64,000 bases of DNA from Candidatus Tayloriibacteriota bacterium (GTDB lineage: Bacteria > Patescibacteriota > Minisyncoccia > Phycocordibacterales > PALSA-1337): positions 32,562 to 96,561 of the forward strand of contig CAITNV010000054.1 in NCBI GenBank assembly GCA_903893855.1, read 5' to 3'. A program made the position numbers and the translations under genes. Of this stretch, positions 48,581 through 58,622 are shown in pieces. The notes below the pieces were generated by a model. The model worked only from the letters and a program-made list of their open reading frames with translations, did no database searches and was not told the DNA's origin. Positions within the stretch are counted from its first letter, which is position 1. The number at the start of each line of letters is the position of its first letter.

Positions 48581-48841
48581 ATGAAAGAAACAACTACAAC
48601 AAAGACATACACACCAAAACGAAAGACTCTTTCAGGTGTTGTCGTATCCGACAAAATGAAAGACACTATTGTTGTTCTTGTTGAACGATATGTTAAAGAC
48701 GAGAAGTATCAGAAGTTTATCAACCTCCGAAAGCGCTATAAGGTTCATGATCTTGGTAATACAAAGAAAATAGGCGATAAGGTTACTATCGAATCATGCC
48801 GACCTATTTCTCGACATAAATCATTTAAAATAATTAACTAA
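48581..48841 (+). CDS. rpsQ: 30S ribosomal protein S17
   Basis: The motifs RKTLSGVVVSDKMKDTIVVLVERYVKDEKYQK are present. No rpmC (L29) ORF exists in the 51-nt gap that precedes it. Confidence 0.9.
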   Translation: MKETTTTKTYTPKRKTLSGVVVSDKMKDTIVVLVERYVKDEKYQKFINLRKRYKVHDLGNTKKIGDKVTIESCRPISRHKSFKIIN

Positions 48842-48842
48842 T

Positions 48843-49214
48843 ATGATCCAGCCACGCTCAATCGTACGAATAACAGATAATTGCGGTGCCAAAATCGGCC
48901 GTATTTTCAAAGTGCTTGGTAGCTCAAAGAAGCGCTATGCTGAGATTGGTGACCTCGTAGTACTTTCTGTACAGAAGGCAGAACCACGAAAAGCTATTAA
49001 GAAGAAGGATATTCTTCAGGCGGTAGTAGTTCGTCAGCGAAAGCCTTTCCGAAGAAAGGATGGATCATACGTTCGTTTTGATGAAAACTCAGTAGTTATT
49101 ATTGAAAAGGGAAAGAAGGAGCCAATCGCAGGACGTATTTTCGGCCCAATTCCTCGCGAGCTTGCTGAGAAAGGTTTCCAGACTATTGCTTCCCGAGCAC
49201 CAGAAATAGTATAA
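48843..49214 (+). CDS. rplN: 50S ribosomal protein L14
   Basis: The motifs MIQPRSIVRITDNCGAKIGRIFKVLG are present. Confidence 0.93.
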   Translation: MIQPRSIVRITDNCGAKIGRIFKVLGSSKKRYAEIGDLVVLSVQKAEPRKAIKKKDILQAVVVRQRKPFRRKDGSYVRFDENSVVIIEKGKKEPIAGRIFGPIPRELAEKGFQTIASRAPEIV

Positions 49215-49222
49215 ATAACACC

Positions 49223-49480
49223 ATGGCTATAAAAAAAGACGACAATGTAATAATTTTGACTGGCAAGTGTAAAGGTATGACTGGAAAGGTCATCAAGTCT
49301 TTACCTAAGGAAAATAAAGTAATCGTATATGGTATTAACTTACTCAAGCGACACCAGCGACCTCGCAAAGAAGGCCAGAAGGGTACTATCGTAGATAAGG
49401 CTATGCCTATCGATGTTTCAAATGTAGCACTTGTTTCTGCTGCAACTCCTAAGAAGGCTACTAAAGCTTCAAAGAAATAA
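49223..49480 (+). CDS. rplX: 50S ribosomal protein L24
   Basis: The KOW motif VIILTGKCKGMTGKVIKSL is present. The protein is 85 aa. Confidence 0.9.
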   Translation: MAIKKDDNVIILTGKCKGMTGKVIKSLPKENKVIVYGINLLKRHQRPRKEGQKGTIVDKAMPIDVSNVALVSAATPKKATKASKK

Positions 49481-49493
49481 TAAGTAAATTTTT

Positions 49494-50057
49494 ATGAAAA
49501 CGACACACAAGACAATTAAAGAACTCGAAAAGGCAAGCTACGCTGACCTAAAGGCGCGCTTTGGTTATACTAACCCAATGCAGTCACCACGACTTATCAA
49601 GGTTGTCGTATCTACAGGTGTAGGTTCAATTAAGGACAAGAAGAAAATTGAGCTTATTGCTGACCGTGTTGCAAAGATTACAGGCCAGAAGCCAGCTCTT
49701 CGAGGTGCGAAGAAGTCAATCGCTTCATTTAAGGTGCGAACAGGAGATCCTGTAGGTTACCAAGTAACACTACGAGGTAAGAGAATGAATGATTTCCTCG
49801 ATCGTCTAACTAACATTTCTCTCCCTCGAACAAAGGACTTCCGAGGAATTTCACGAACTTCAGTTGATGAAATGGGTAACTATACATTCGGTATTCGAGA
49901 ACACACTATCTTCCCTGAGACTTCAGACGAAGATCTAAAGGATGTTTTCGGCATGGCGATCACAGTTGTTACATCTTCTTCTGATAAGGTTCAGACTATT
50001 GCTTTCCTCGAACACCTCGGTTTTCCTTTCAAGAAGGAAGAGGTCAAGAAGAAGTAA
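49494..50057 (+). CDS. rplE: 50S ribosomal protein L5
   Basis: The motifs PRLIKVVVSTGVG and FKVRTGDPVGYQVTLRGKRMNDFLDRL are present. Confidence 0.93.
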   Translation: MKTTHKTIKELEKASYADLKARFGYTNPMQSPRLIKVVVSTGVGSIKDKKKIELIADRVAKITGQKPALRGAKKSIASFKVRTGDPVGYQVTLRGKRMNDFLDRLTNISLPRTKDFRGISRTSVDEMGNYTFGIREHTIFPETSDEDLKDVFGMAITVVTSSSDKVQTIAFLEHLGFPFKKEEVKKK

Positions 50058-50241
50058 TGTTGAAGAGGTAGTATTTCAGTTTGACTTCGAAAGGGTCATC
50101 TGATAGGATACCAGAGTTATTCGAAAGTAGGTAAACACAAAAGGTGTTGGAAGCAGGCCGCCACATAGAGCGGAAGCTAACCAACAGTTTTCGTTTTTTA
50201 TAGCAAGATCAATAATTAAACACACGTAAAAAAGTCATATT

Positions 50242-50427
50242 ATGGCAAAGACATCAGTAAAAGCACGAGCAGCACGAAAGCCGAAATTCAAGTCGCGCGT
50301 TGTTCGACGTTGTTTCCGCTGTGGTCGTAAGAATGGCTATATGCGAGATTTCGATCTATGCCGAATCTGCTTTAGAGAATTCGCTAACGAAGGAGTTATT
50401 CCAGGAATTAAGAAGTCATCTTGGTAA
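50242..50427 (+). CDS. rpsN: 30S ribosomal protein S14 type Z (zinc-binding)
   Basis: The 61-aa protein carries CFRCGRKNGYMRDFDLCRIC. Confidence 0.92.
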   Translation: MAKTSVKARAARKPKFKSRVVRRCFRCGRKNGYMRDFDLCRICFREFANEGVIPGIKKSSW

Positions 50428-50444
50428 TACAATAATATAATTAT

Positions 50445-50867
50445 ATGGTAACAGACCCAATTGCAGATTTCATAACACGCGTAAAGAACGCAAGCGATGC
50501 CAACAAGGCAGTAGTATGTATGCCGCATTCTTTACTTAAAGAGTCTATTGCGCATGTTCTTGCAAAAGCCGGCTATCTTAAGTTAGTCGAGAGCAAAGGC
50601 AAGAAGTCAGAAAAGACTCTTGAAGTAACATTGTCATACATTGCTGCACCAGCATCACAGGGTGCAAACGTTGCAGGTGAGCCAGTTGTACACGGAGTGC
50701 AGCGAGTTTCAAAGTCTTCTCGAAGAATTTATCAGAAGGCTAAGGATATTCGTCCGTTTAGGAATGGTTTCGGTAATGTCGTGCTTTCTACCCCAAAGGG
50801 TATTATGCTTGATGTTGATGCACGAAAACAAAAGGTCGGTGGCGAAGTGCTTTTCAAAGTTTGGTAA
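50445..50867 (+). CDS. rpsH: 30S ribosomal protein S8
   Basis: The N-terminus is MVTDPIADFITRVKNA. Confidence 0.93.
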   Translation: MVTDPIADFITRVKNASDANKAVVCMPHSLLKESIAHVLAKAGYLKLVESKGKKSEKTLEVTLSYIAAPASQGANVAGEPVVHGVQRVSKSSRRIYQKAKDIRPFRNGFGNVVLSTPKGIMLDVDARKQKVGGEVLFKVW

Positions 50868-50885
50868 TTTATTTTATATACATAT

Positions 50886-51419
50886 ATGTCAAGAATTGGA
50901 AAAAGAATACTAACAATACCTGAGAAGACTACTGCTACCATAGCAAACGGCGTTTTCACTGTGAAAGGTCCATTAGGAGAACTTACTCGAACATTCAAGT
51001 CTGAAGTTGAGATTAAGATTGATAATGGCACTATTACACTTGTACCTGTTCGAACAAGCCTCGAAATTAACGCTCTTTGGGGAACATATTCAGCTCACGT
51101 TAATAATATGATTGAAGGTGTTAATAAGGCTTTCGAAAAGAAGCTTATTGTTGAAGGTATCGGTTTCAAGTCAGACGTTAAGGGAACTGATCTTCACCTC
51201 GCGCTTGGTTTCTCTCACCCAATTAAGCTCGCTATTCCGGCAGGTCTTAAGGTTACCGCAGATAAGAACGTTATTACCGTATCTGGTATCGATGTTGAGA
51301 AGGTTGGCCAGTTTGTCGCAAAGGTCCGATCACTTAAGAAGCCTGAACCATATAAGGGTAAGGGAGTTCGATATGATAATGAGGTTGTCCGAAGAAAGCA
51401 GGGTAAGAAGTCTGTCTAA
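50886..51419 (+). CDS. rplF: 50S ribosomal protein L6
   Basis: The N-terminus MSRIGKRILTIPEKTTATIANGVFTVKGPLGEL is present. Confidence 0.93.
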   Translation: MSRIGKRILTIPEKTTATIANGVFTVKGPLGELTRTFKSEVEIKIDNGTITLVPVRTSLEINALWGTYSAHVNNMIEGVNKAFEKKLIVEGIGFKSDVKGTDLHLALGFSHPIKLAIPAGLKVTADKNVITVSGIDVEKVGQFVAKVRSLKKPEPYKGKGVRYDNEVVRRKQGKKSV

Positions 51420-51433
51420 TATAAATAAAATAT

Positions 51434-51757
51434 ATGAGTACCGCTAAAACAAAAATTGAAAAGATTGAACGACGTCACCGACGTATTCGAGCTACCATTT
51501 CTGGTACCGAAGAACGTCCTCGTTTGTCTGTGTTTCGATCAAATAAAGGCATGTATGTTCAGCTTATCAATGATGATAAGGGTCATACATTAGCACAAGC
51601 ACATTCAGCAGATGCAAAGACTGCTGGTATCGAGCTTGCAAAGAAAGCGAAAGCCCTTAAGATTACTAAAGTAGTCTTTGATCGAGGCGGTTACCTTTAT
51701 ACAGGTAAGATTAAGGCAATTGCAGATGCTGCTCGAGAAGGAGGACTTATATTCTAA
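51434..51757 (+). CDS. rplR: 50S ribosomal protein L18
   Basis: The motifs [41 protein letters not shown] are present. Confidence 0.92.
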   Translation: MSTAKTKIEKIERRHRRIRATISGTEERPRLSVFRSNKGMYVQLINDDKGHTLAQAHSADAKTAGIELAKKAKALKITKVVFDRGGYLYTGKIKAIADAAREGGLIF

Positions 51758-51778
51758 TAAAACGATTATTTAAATACT

Positions 51779-52447
51779 ATGGACGATACCACAAAAAACC
51801 AAATAGCTCCCGCAACACCAACAGCCGCTCCAGCCGGAGTTGCAGCTAATTTCTCAAACGATCCACGAGGAGACCGACGTGGTGCTATGGGTGGCAATCG
51901 ACGCCCACCTTCACGACGTCCAGAGCGATCTGGTCGTGAGCGAATCAAGCCTGAATTCGACACAAAGATCATCAATATCCGCCGCGTAACTCGAGTGGCT
52001 GCTGGAGGACGACGATTTAGCTTCTCTGTTGCAGTAGTCTCAGGAGATCGAAAGGGTAAGGTTGGTGTAGGTCTTGGTAAGGCAGGGGATACTTCACTTG
52101 CTATCGATAAGGCTACACGAGATGCAAAGAAGAATATGATTAAGGTCGCTCTTCTCCCTACAATGTCTATTCCTCACGCTATCGAAGCTAAATATTCAAG
52201 CGCTGTCGTTACGATGATGCCTGCAAAGGGCCGTGGAGTTGTAGCAGGTAGCGCAGTACGAAATGTGATCGAGCTTGCAGGTATTAAGGATGTAGTTGCA
52301 AAGCTACGTTCTGGTAGCAAGAACAAGCTTAATATCGCTCGTGCAACTATTACCGCTCTCTCAATGATAAGCAAGACCGGCAAGCCAGCTCGATTTGTTA
52401 ATCGAGTATCTTCTCGAGAAGCGGCGCCAGTTTCTAATTCAAAATAA
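51779..52447 (+). CDS. rpsE: 30S ribosomal protein S5 (Pro/Arg-rich N-terminal extension)
   Basis: The motifs IINIRRVTRVAAGGRRFSFSVAVVSGDRKGKVGVGLGKA are present. L15 follows directly, with no rpmD (L30) gene between them. Confidence 0.92.
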   Translation: MDDTTKNQIAPATPTAAPAGVAANFSNDPRGDRRGAMGGNRRPPSRRPERSGRERIKPEFDTKIINIRRVTRVAAGGRRFSFSVAVVSGDRKGKVGVGLGKAGDTSLAIDKATRDAKKNMIKVALLPTMSIPHAIEAKYSSAVVTMMPAKGRGVVAGSAVRNVIELAGIKDVVAKLRSGSKNKLNIARATITALSMISKTGKPARFVNRVSSREAAPVSNSK

Positions 52448-52456
52448 TAAAATTTT

Positions 52457-52921
52457 ATGCAGAGCCACAACGTACAACCAGTTCACAAAAATAAGCCGAC
52501 AATGATCGTTGGTCGTGGAGGACACCGAGGTAAGACTTCTGGCCGAGGAGGTAAGGGTCAGACAGCACGCGCAGGAAACAAGCGCCGTCCAGAACTCCGA
52601 GACTTCATTAAGCGTATTCCAAAGCTTCGAGGTCGTGGCAAGAGCTCATTTAAGTCTTTTGCTATTAAGCCAGTGAATGTATCTCTTGAAATGATCGAGG
52701 CTACATTCTCAGCGGGTGAAGTTATTACTCCAAAGATCCTTGTAGAGAAGAAGCTCGTTTCAATGCTTGGCGGTAATATCCCTAAAATCAAGATTATTGG
52801 CGGCAAAAAGCCTGCTGATAAGGCTGAATTCTCAAAGAAAGTGACTATTTCAGGTTGTATCGTATCTGTAGGAGCTAAGGCTTCGATTGAAAAAGCTGGT
52901 GGTTCTGTTACAGTTAAATAA
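52457..52921 (+). CDS. rplO: 50S ribosomal protein L15
   Basis: The motifs GRGGHRGKTSGRGGKGQTARAG are present. Confidence 0.92.
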   Translation: MQSHNVQPVHKNKPTMIVGRGGHRGKTSGRGGKGQTARAGNKRRPELRDFIKRIPKLRGRGKSSFKSFAIKPVNVSLEMIEATFSAGEVITPKILVEKKLVSMLGGNIPKIKIIGGKKPADKAEFSKKVTISGCIVSVGAKASIEKAGGSVTVK

Positions 52922-54192
52922 TGAATACATTTTTGGAAAAAATGAAGACAGTGTTTCGAGATCCTAGTATGAGAAAAAAGGTTCTCTTTACGCTTGGAGC
53001 ACTTGTAGTGTTTAGACTACTCGCGTCTATTCCTATGCCTGGAATTAATGCAGCGTCTCTGGCTAAATTCCTCTCAGGGAATCAAATCCTCGGTCTTTTT
53101 GATGTCTTCTCAGGTGGAGGAATATCACATTTCTCTATCGTGATGCTTGGAGTAGGTCCTTACATCACAGGATCTATTATCATGCAGCTTTTGACAATGA
53201 TGTCACCACGATTGAAGTCTCTTTTCCAAGAGGAAGGAGAGCGAGGACGCCAGAAGCTTTCTCAGTATTCACGACTTCTAGCGGTTCCTTTAGCACTTAT
53301 CCAAGCACTCGGTTTTATTAAACTTCTCCAGAGCCAGAATGTTCTTGGTTCTTTGTCTATCGGTGCTCTATTTACCAACATCATCGTTATATCTGCAGGT
53401 TCTATCCTCCTTATGTGGATTGGTGAACTTATTAGCGAATTCGGTATTGGAAACGGAGTATCACTCATCATTTTCGCTGGTATTATAGCTCAGCTTCCTA
53501 CGAAGGCTCTTCAGTTTAGCGCTACATTTGATTCTGCATCTATTCCAGTTTACATTGTGGCTCTCGCTGTTGGTCTTATTGTTATCCTCACGGTGGTATT
53601 TGTTACTGAAGCCGAACGATCAATTCCTGTAACCTACGCTAAGCAGGTTCGAGGTAATAAAGTCTACGGTGGTGTTTCTACATATCTTCCACTTCGCCTC
53701 AATCAGGCTGGTGTTATTCCTATCATATTCGCTCTTTCAATACTTGTTATCCCTCGAGTAGTCGCTGGCTTCTTCGCTACCGCTTCAAATGCAACTGTCG
53801 CTCATTTCGCTACTTTAGTAGGTAATATCTTGGCAAACGGCTGGATATACAATAGCTTGTACCTCTTGTTTGTTGTTATCTTCACGTACTTCTATACTGC
53901 AGTTACGTTTGATCCTAAGCAGATATCTGAGAATCTCCAGAAGGGTGGTGCTTTTATTCCAGGTATTCGCCCAGGTGATTCAACAATGCTTTATCTCGGT
54001 AAGGTTGTGACTCGAATTACTCTTGTTGGTGCATTATTCCTTGGTATCGTTGCAGTACTTCCACTTATTATGCAGTCAGTTACTGGTAACCAGATGCTTG
54101 CTATCGGCGGAACAGCACTCCTCATCGTTGTCTCAGTTATCCTTGACCTTGTAAAGAAAGTAGACGCTCAGATCTCAATGCAAGAGTATTAA
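52921..54192 (+). CDS. secY: Protein translocase subunit SecY
   Basis: The 423-aa protein has 10 TM helices. The N-terminus is RKKVLFTLGALVVFRLLASIPMPGIN. Confidence 0.95.
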   Translation: MNTFLEKMKTVFRDPSMRKKVLFTLGALVVFRLLASIPMPGINAASLAKFLSGNQILGLFDVFSGGGISHFSIVMLGVGPYITGSIIMQLLTMMSPRLKSLFQEEGERGRQKLSQYSRLLAVPLALIQALGFIKLLQSQNVLGSLSIGALFTNIIVISAGSILLMWIGELISEFGIGNGVSLIIFAGIIAQLPTKALQFSATFDSASIPVYIVALAVGLIVILTVVFVTEAERSIPVTYAKQVRGNKVYGGVSTYLPLRLNQAGVIPIIFALSILVIPRVVAGFFATASNATVAHFATLVGNILANGWIYNSLYLLFVVIFTYFYTAVTFDPKQISENLQKGGAFIPGIRPGDSTMLYLGKVVTRITLVGALFLGIVAVLPLIMQSVTGNQMLAIGGTALLIVVSVILDLVKKVDAQISMQEY

Positions 54193-54220
54193 AATCCATC
54201 GGATTTGTTATACTTTATGC

Positions 54221-54829
54221 ATGAATAAAAAAGCTTTTATAATGATTGGCCGTTCTGGCTGTGGAAAGGGTACACAGGCAAATCTTCTCTCTGAACATCT
54301 CTTAAAGTCTTCAGAACCGGAAGATACAGGCATTCCAAGTGTTCTTTATATTCAGAGTGGCAATGAATTTCGTGACTTCATGGCTCGCACAAGCTATACC
54401 GCTAAATTATCTCGACAAGTCGATGAAGTCGGCGGACTGCAACCTGAATTCTTAGCTGTATACATGTGGACCAACATTCTCGTTCGAGAATACAATGGTA
54501 ATGAACATCTCATTTTCGATGGTATGCCACGTAAAGTCCATGAAGCGGGCGTTCTTCACTCGATTTTTGAATTCTATAAGATTAGTCGACCACAGGTTAT
54601 TTATATAAATGTCTCTGCAGAATGGGCAACTAAACATTTGCTCGTTCGAGGGCGGCATGATGATAATGAGGTGGATATTAAAGCTCGTTTGAAGTGGTTC
54701 GACGAGAAAGTAATGCCAACCGTAGAGTTCTATCGTACCAATCCAGAATATGATTTTTATGAAATTAACGGCGAACAGTCAGTAGAAGACACACACAACG
54801 AGCTTATCAAGAAAGTTTTCGCAAAATAG
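54221..54829 (+). CDS. adk: Adenylate kinase
   Basis: The P-loop is IMIGRSGCGKGTQANLLSEHL. The gene sits in the conserved spc-operon position. Confidence 0.85.
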   Translation: MNKKAFIMIGRSGCGKGTQANLLSEHLLKSSEPEDTGIPSVLYIQSGNEFRDFMARTSYTAKLSRQVDEVGGLQPEFLAVYMWTNILVREYNGNEHLIFDGMPRKVHEAGVLHSIFEFYKISRPQVIYINVSAEWATKHLLVRGRHDDNEVDIKARLKWFDEKVMPTVEFYRTNPEYDFYEINGEQSVEDTHNELIKKVFAK

Positions 54830-54834
54830 CCAAT

Positions 54835-55686
54835 ATGATAACTATTAAGACAAAAGAAGATATAGCCATATTACGAGAAGGTGGCAGACGACACGCTGCT
54901 ATTATGCGTGCTTTGGTGGCTATGGTTAAGCCTGATCTTGATATTGCAGAGCTCGATGCTGCAGCGGTTCGTCTTATTGGAGAATTTGATAAGGACGCCA
55001 ACGGTAATCGTTCGGGGGATAAGTCCGCTATTTTAAATTACAAACCATATGGAGCGAAGCGACCATATCCTGCAAGTACCTGCATATCTGTAAATGATGA
55101 AGTGGTGCACGGCATTCCTACTGAAAATAACCGCGTACTTGAAGAGGGTGATATCGTAAGTATCGATTTCGCTCTTGTTCATCGTGGTCTCATTACGGAT
55201 ATGGCGGTGACCGTACCGGTTGGCAAAGTCTCAACCGAGGTCAAAGACCTTGTTGAAGCCACAGAAAAGGCTTTAAAGGCAGGCATTACTGCTGCTAAGG
55301 GTGGAAACTACATTGGGGATATAAGTATGGCTATAGAGCGTTTTGGACGTGGTGGAGGGGGTAAAAGTGTGAATGGCGGTAAGGGATATGGCATAGTTGA
55401 AGAACTTGTAGGACATGGGGTTGGTTACGATGTTCATGAAGATCCATATGTACCAAACTATATTTCTGGAGTGCGCGGAACAAGCGCCGGAGCACACCAT
55501 CAAAAGGGTGATGTTTTACGTGCGGGTATGGTAATTGCAATTGAACCAATGTTTAATCTAGGTTCTCGAGAAGTTACTATTGATCCTGATGGATACACTA
55601 TTCGCACATATGACGGTAAACCAAGCGCTCATTTTGAACACACTGTGTTAATCACAAAAGGTGCTCCAGAGATACTGACGATATAA
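54835..55686 (+). CDS. map: Methionine aminopeptidase type I
   Basis: The motifs HGIPTENNRVLEEGDIVSIDFAL and the metal-ligand context HEDPYVPNY...AIEPM are present. Confidence 0.9.
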   Translation: MITIKTKEDIAILREGGRRHAAIMRALVAMVKPDLDIAELDAAAVRLIGEFDKDANGNRSGDKSAILNYKPYGAKRPYPASTCISVNDEVVHGIPTENNRVLEEGDIVSIDFALVHRGLITDMAVTVPVGKVSTEVKDLVEATEKALKAGITAAKGGNYIGDISMAIERFGRGGGGKSVNGGKGYGIVEELVGHGVGYDVHEDPYVPNYISGVRGTSAGAHHQKGDVLRAGMVIAIEPMFNLGSREVTIDPDGYTIRTYDGKPSAHFEHTVLITKGAPEILTI

Positions 55687-55711
55687 CTTGATCGTGATAT
55701 GATATAGGGAA

Positions 55712-58585
55712 ATGGAAATTTTCTCACCGTCACAAGAGTCAAAAAATTTACAGACGCCTGAACAAGAATTGGCGTATCTACGTGAACGTCTTGCTGCAAA
55801 AGAAAAGGAGGTTGCGGCAATTCGCCAAGAAGGTGGTCCAGATAAGAGTCGCGATGCTCTAGTGCAAGAGACTCTTCATGAATACAAAAACACTCCGAAA
55901 GAACAACTTTTACATAAAGACTTTGCTCTTGCAAAAGAAAAGTCGGAAGCTATTGTCCTCGAACTTTCGCCTGAAGAACACGATGAGAAGATCGCCGAAC
56001 TTTTAGGAATTCTTCAGACTCATGGCGTACGAAATGCTCTTGATATCGTAGGTAAAATGAATAACCCTCATGTTGAGAGGGATTTTGAACGTTTCCTCGT
56101 GCAATACATCAAAGCAGGCTTCGAGCTACAAGGACTTCCGGAGAAGACTCCAGAGTTTAAAGCGCTACATATGACGCTCTATGAGATTACATTGCCCGAG
56201 AAGACCGATGAGGGTAAAGAGCGCGCTCTCAAAGAAGTGATTTCTTCAATGGAGCAGTTTTATGCTGGTATGATGTCGGTCGGTGGGGAAGCGACTGGCT
56301 CTGGAACGGGCTATTTTACTATAGAGCTTGCGGTGGCGAATCATAGTGATGAATTCGCTTTCCACGTTGCGGTGCACGATAGTAAGAAGAGCCTTTTTGA
56401 GAAGCAAATACTCGCGGTTTTCCATAATGCAAAGATCATCGAGAAGAAAGACGATTACAATATTTTTAATGAAGAAGGAGTGACTGTAGCTGCAAGTGCT
56501 CGCTATGCCAAGAATTCCGTTTGGCCACTTAAAACATATGATAAATTCGATCATGATCCGCTAAATATTCTTCTCAATAGCTTCTCAAAAATAAAGACGC
56601 ATGGAGAGGGTGCTGCGGTGCAGATCATAATTCGTCCTGCAGGACAAGGTCCAGCTAAAAAGTATCATAAGATTCTCGAAGAGATCATGAAGGGCGAGAA
56701 AGTAAGCGAAGCAATAGCTAATAGCGAGAGTGGGCTTATAAAGCATTTTGATGGCTTTATTAAAGGCGTTTCTGATTTTGTAATGCCTGCAACTAAAGAA
56801 GAGAAAGAAAAGGCAAAAGAAAAGAAGCGCGAAGCTGCACAGCGAGTCGACCAGACAGTAGTCGAAGCTATTAAAGAGAAATTAGCTTCTCCGATTATGG
56901 CTATAGACTTGAGGATTATAGCTTCTGGTGAGAATGAGACGACCGCGCAAGCTATCCTTGCGGACATAGAGTCTTCATTTAATCAATTCGAAAATACTTC
57001 GGGTAACCGTGTACAGTTCGATCATGCTAAAAAAGGTGCTTTACGGGACCTTCTACATGATTATACTTTTAGACTCTATGATGAAAAGAGCCAAATGTAC
57101 GCTTCTATAAAAGAGCTCACATCGATTATGCATTTCCCAGCTACGGTATTGAAATCATCTCCTCATCTTAAGGTTGCAAAGGCTGGTACTGCACCGGCAC
57201 CGCTTGATCTTCCTCGTCCTCCGGCATCGGCGGCTTCTTCTGCTGGTTCAAATGAACAAGCCAATACTCCTGCCCCCGGCTACGTCCTCCTTGGGGTTAA
57301 TCGAGATCGCAACACCGAGACTAAGGTCTTCATGACAGCAGAGGATAGACTCCGACACTTCTACGTTATCGGACAGACTGGTACTGGTAAGACCACGCTT
57401 TTGAAAAATATGCTTGCGCAAGACATTGCCGCAGGGGAGGGTGTCTGTATGATTGATCCACACGGTTCTGATATTCAGGATATTCTTTCTCTTATTCCCA
57501 AGTCTCGTTACGAAGATGTAATTTATTTTGATCCATCGCATACCGCGCGTCCTATGGCGCTTAACATGCTCGAATATGATCGCCGTTTCCCTGAGCAGAA
57601 GACTTTCGTCGTTAACGAAATGCTCTCTATCTTCAATAAACTTTTTGATATGAAGACAGCGGGAGGACCGATGTTCGAACAATACTTTAGAAATGCCGTG
57701 CTTCTTGTTATGGAGGATCCGGAGTCGGGTAATACCCTGCTTGATGTATCGCGAGTTCTGTCTAATAAAGTGTATCGTGAGATGAAGATTTCTCATTGTA
57801 AGAACCCTATCGTCGTGCAGTTCTGGAAAGAAGTCGCAGATAAAGCGGGAGGTGAAGCATCGCTTGCTAACGTCGTGCCATACATCACAAGTAAGTTCGA
57901 CGTGTTCTTGTCGAACGATATTATGCGACCGATTATTGCGCAGGAGAATTCAAGTATTAATTTCCGTGAGATTATGGATACTAAAAAGATTCTGCTGGTC
58001 AATCTTTCAAAGGGTCGCCTCGGTGACATTAATGCCAACCTTATCGGTCTTATTATCGTAGGTAAAATACTGATGGCTGCACTTTCTCGTGTGGATGTTG
58101 TAGGTAAAATGGGTCCGGACGGTAAGCCACTTGCTCTCGCACCATTTTATCTCTATATCGACGAGTTCCAGAACGTTACGACTGATTCTATTTCAACTAT
58201 TCTTTCTGAAGCTCGTAAGTACAAGCTCTCGCTCTCTGTCGCACACCAGTTCATCGCACAGCTTGAAGAGGGGATACGTGACTCAGTCTTCGGTAACGTT
58301 GGTTCTATAGCTGCATTTCGTGTGGGTGCTGAGGACGCCGAATATCTCGAGAAACAGTTCTCGCCGGTCTTCAATGCAAAGGACATTATGTCAGTCGACA
58401 ATCGTAATGCTTACATTAAAATGCTCGCAAATGGTCGCCCAGTTAAGCCGTTTAATATCGAGACCTTGCCTCCTCCGAAGGGTGACGTATCAGTAGTTGA
58501 AAGCATTAAAGAGCTCTCATATCTAAAGTACGGCAAAGATCGCGCCACTGTTGAAGACGCCATCATGTTGAAATACAAAAAATAA
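55712..58585 (+). CDS. Large soluble ATPase: an about 480-aa coiled-coil N-terminal region fused to a VirD4/TraG/TraD-like (type IV coupling protein family, TraM-recognition-type C-terminus) P-loop domain
   Basis: Walker A is GQTGTGKTT. MIDPHGS resembles the T4CP DPKGE motif. Walker B is LYIDEFQN. The C-terminal SLSVAHQFIAQLEE..IAAFRVGAEDAEYLEKQF parallels the VirD4 xxTQSxAQL...Ae.ls tail. No TM helices are present. Confidence 0.55.
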   Translation: MEIFSPSQESKNLQTPEQELAYLRERLAAKEKEVAAIRQEGGPDKSRDALVQETLHEYKNTPKEQLLHKDFALAKEKSEAIVLELSPEEHDEKIAELLGILQTHGVRNALDIVGKMNNPHVERDFERFLVQYIKAGFELQGLPEKTPEFKALHMTLYEITLPEKTDEGKERALKEVISSMEQFYAGMMSVGGEATGSGTGYFTIELAVANHSDEFAFHVAVHDSKKSLFEKQILAVFHNAKIIEKKDDYNIFNEEGVTVAASARYAKNSVWPLKTYDKFDHDPLNILLNSFSKIKTHGEGAAVQIIIRPAGQGPAKKYHKILEEIMKGEKVSEAIANSESGLIKHFDGFIKGVSDFVMPATKEEKEKAKEKKREAAQRVDQTVVEAIKEKLASPIMAIDLRIIASGENETTAQAILADIESSFNQFENTSGNRVQFDHAKKGALRDLLHDYTFRLYDEKSQMYASIKELTSIMHFPATVLKSSPHLKVAKAGTAPAPLDLPRPPASAASSAGSNEQANTPAPGYVLLGVNRDRNTETKVFMTAEDRLRHFYVIGQTGTGKTTLLKNMLAQDIAAGEGVCMIDPHGSDIQDILSLIPKSRYEDVIYFDPSHTARPMALNMLEYDRRFPEQKTFVVNEMLSIFNKLFDMKTAGGPMFEQYFRNAVLLVMEDPESGNTLLDVSRVLSNKVYREMKISHCKNPIVVQFWKEVADKAGGEASLANVVPYITSKFDVFLSNDIMRPIIAQENSSINFREIMDTKKILLVNLSKGRLGDINANLIGLIIVGKILMAALSRVDVVGKMGPDGKPLALAPFYLYIDEFQNVTTDSISTILSEARKYKLSLSVAHQFIAQLEEGIRDSVFGNVGSIAAFRVGAEDAEYLEKQFSPVFNAKDIMSVDNRNAYIKMLANGRPVKPFNIETLPPPKGDVSVVESIKELSYLKYGKDRATVEDAIMLKYKK

Positions 58586-58622
58586 ATAATGTTGTATACT
58601 ATATCCATAATATAATAATTTT

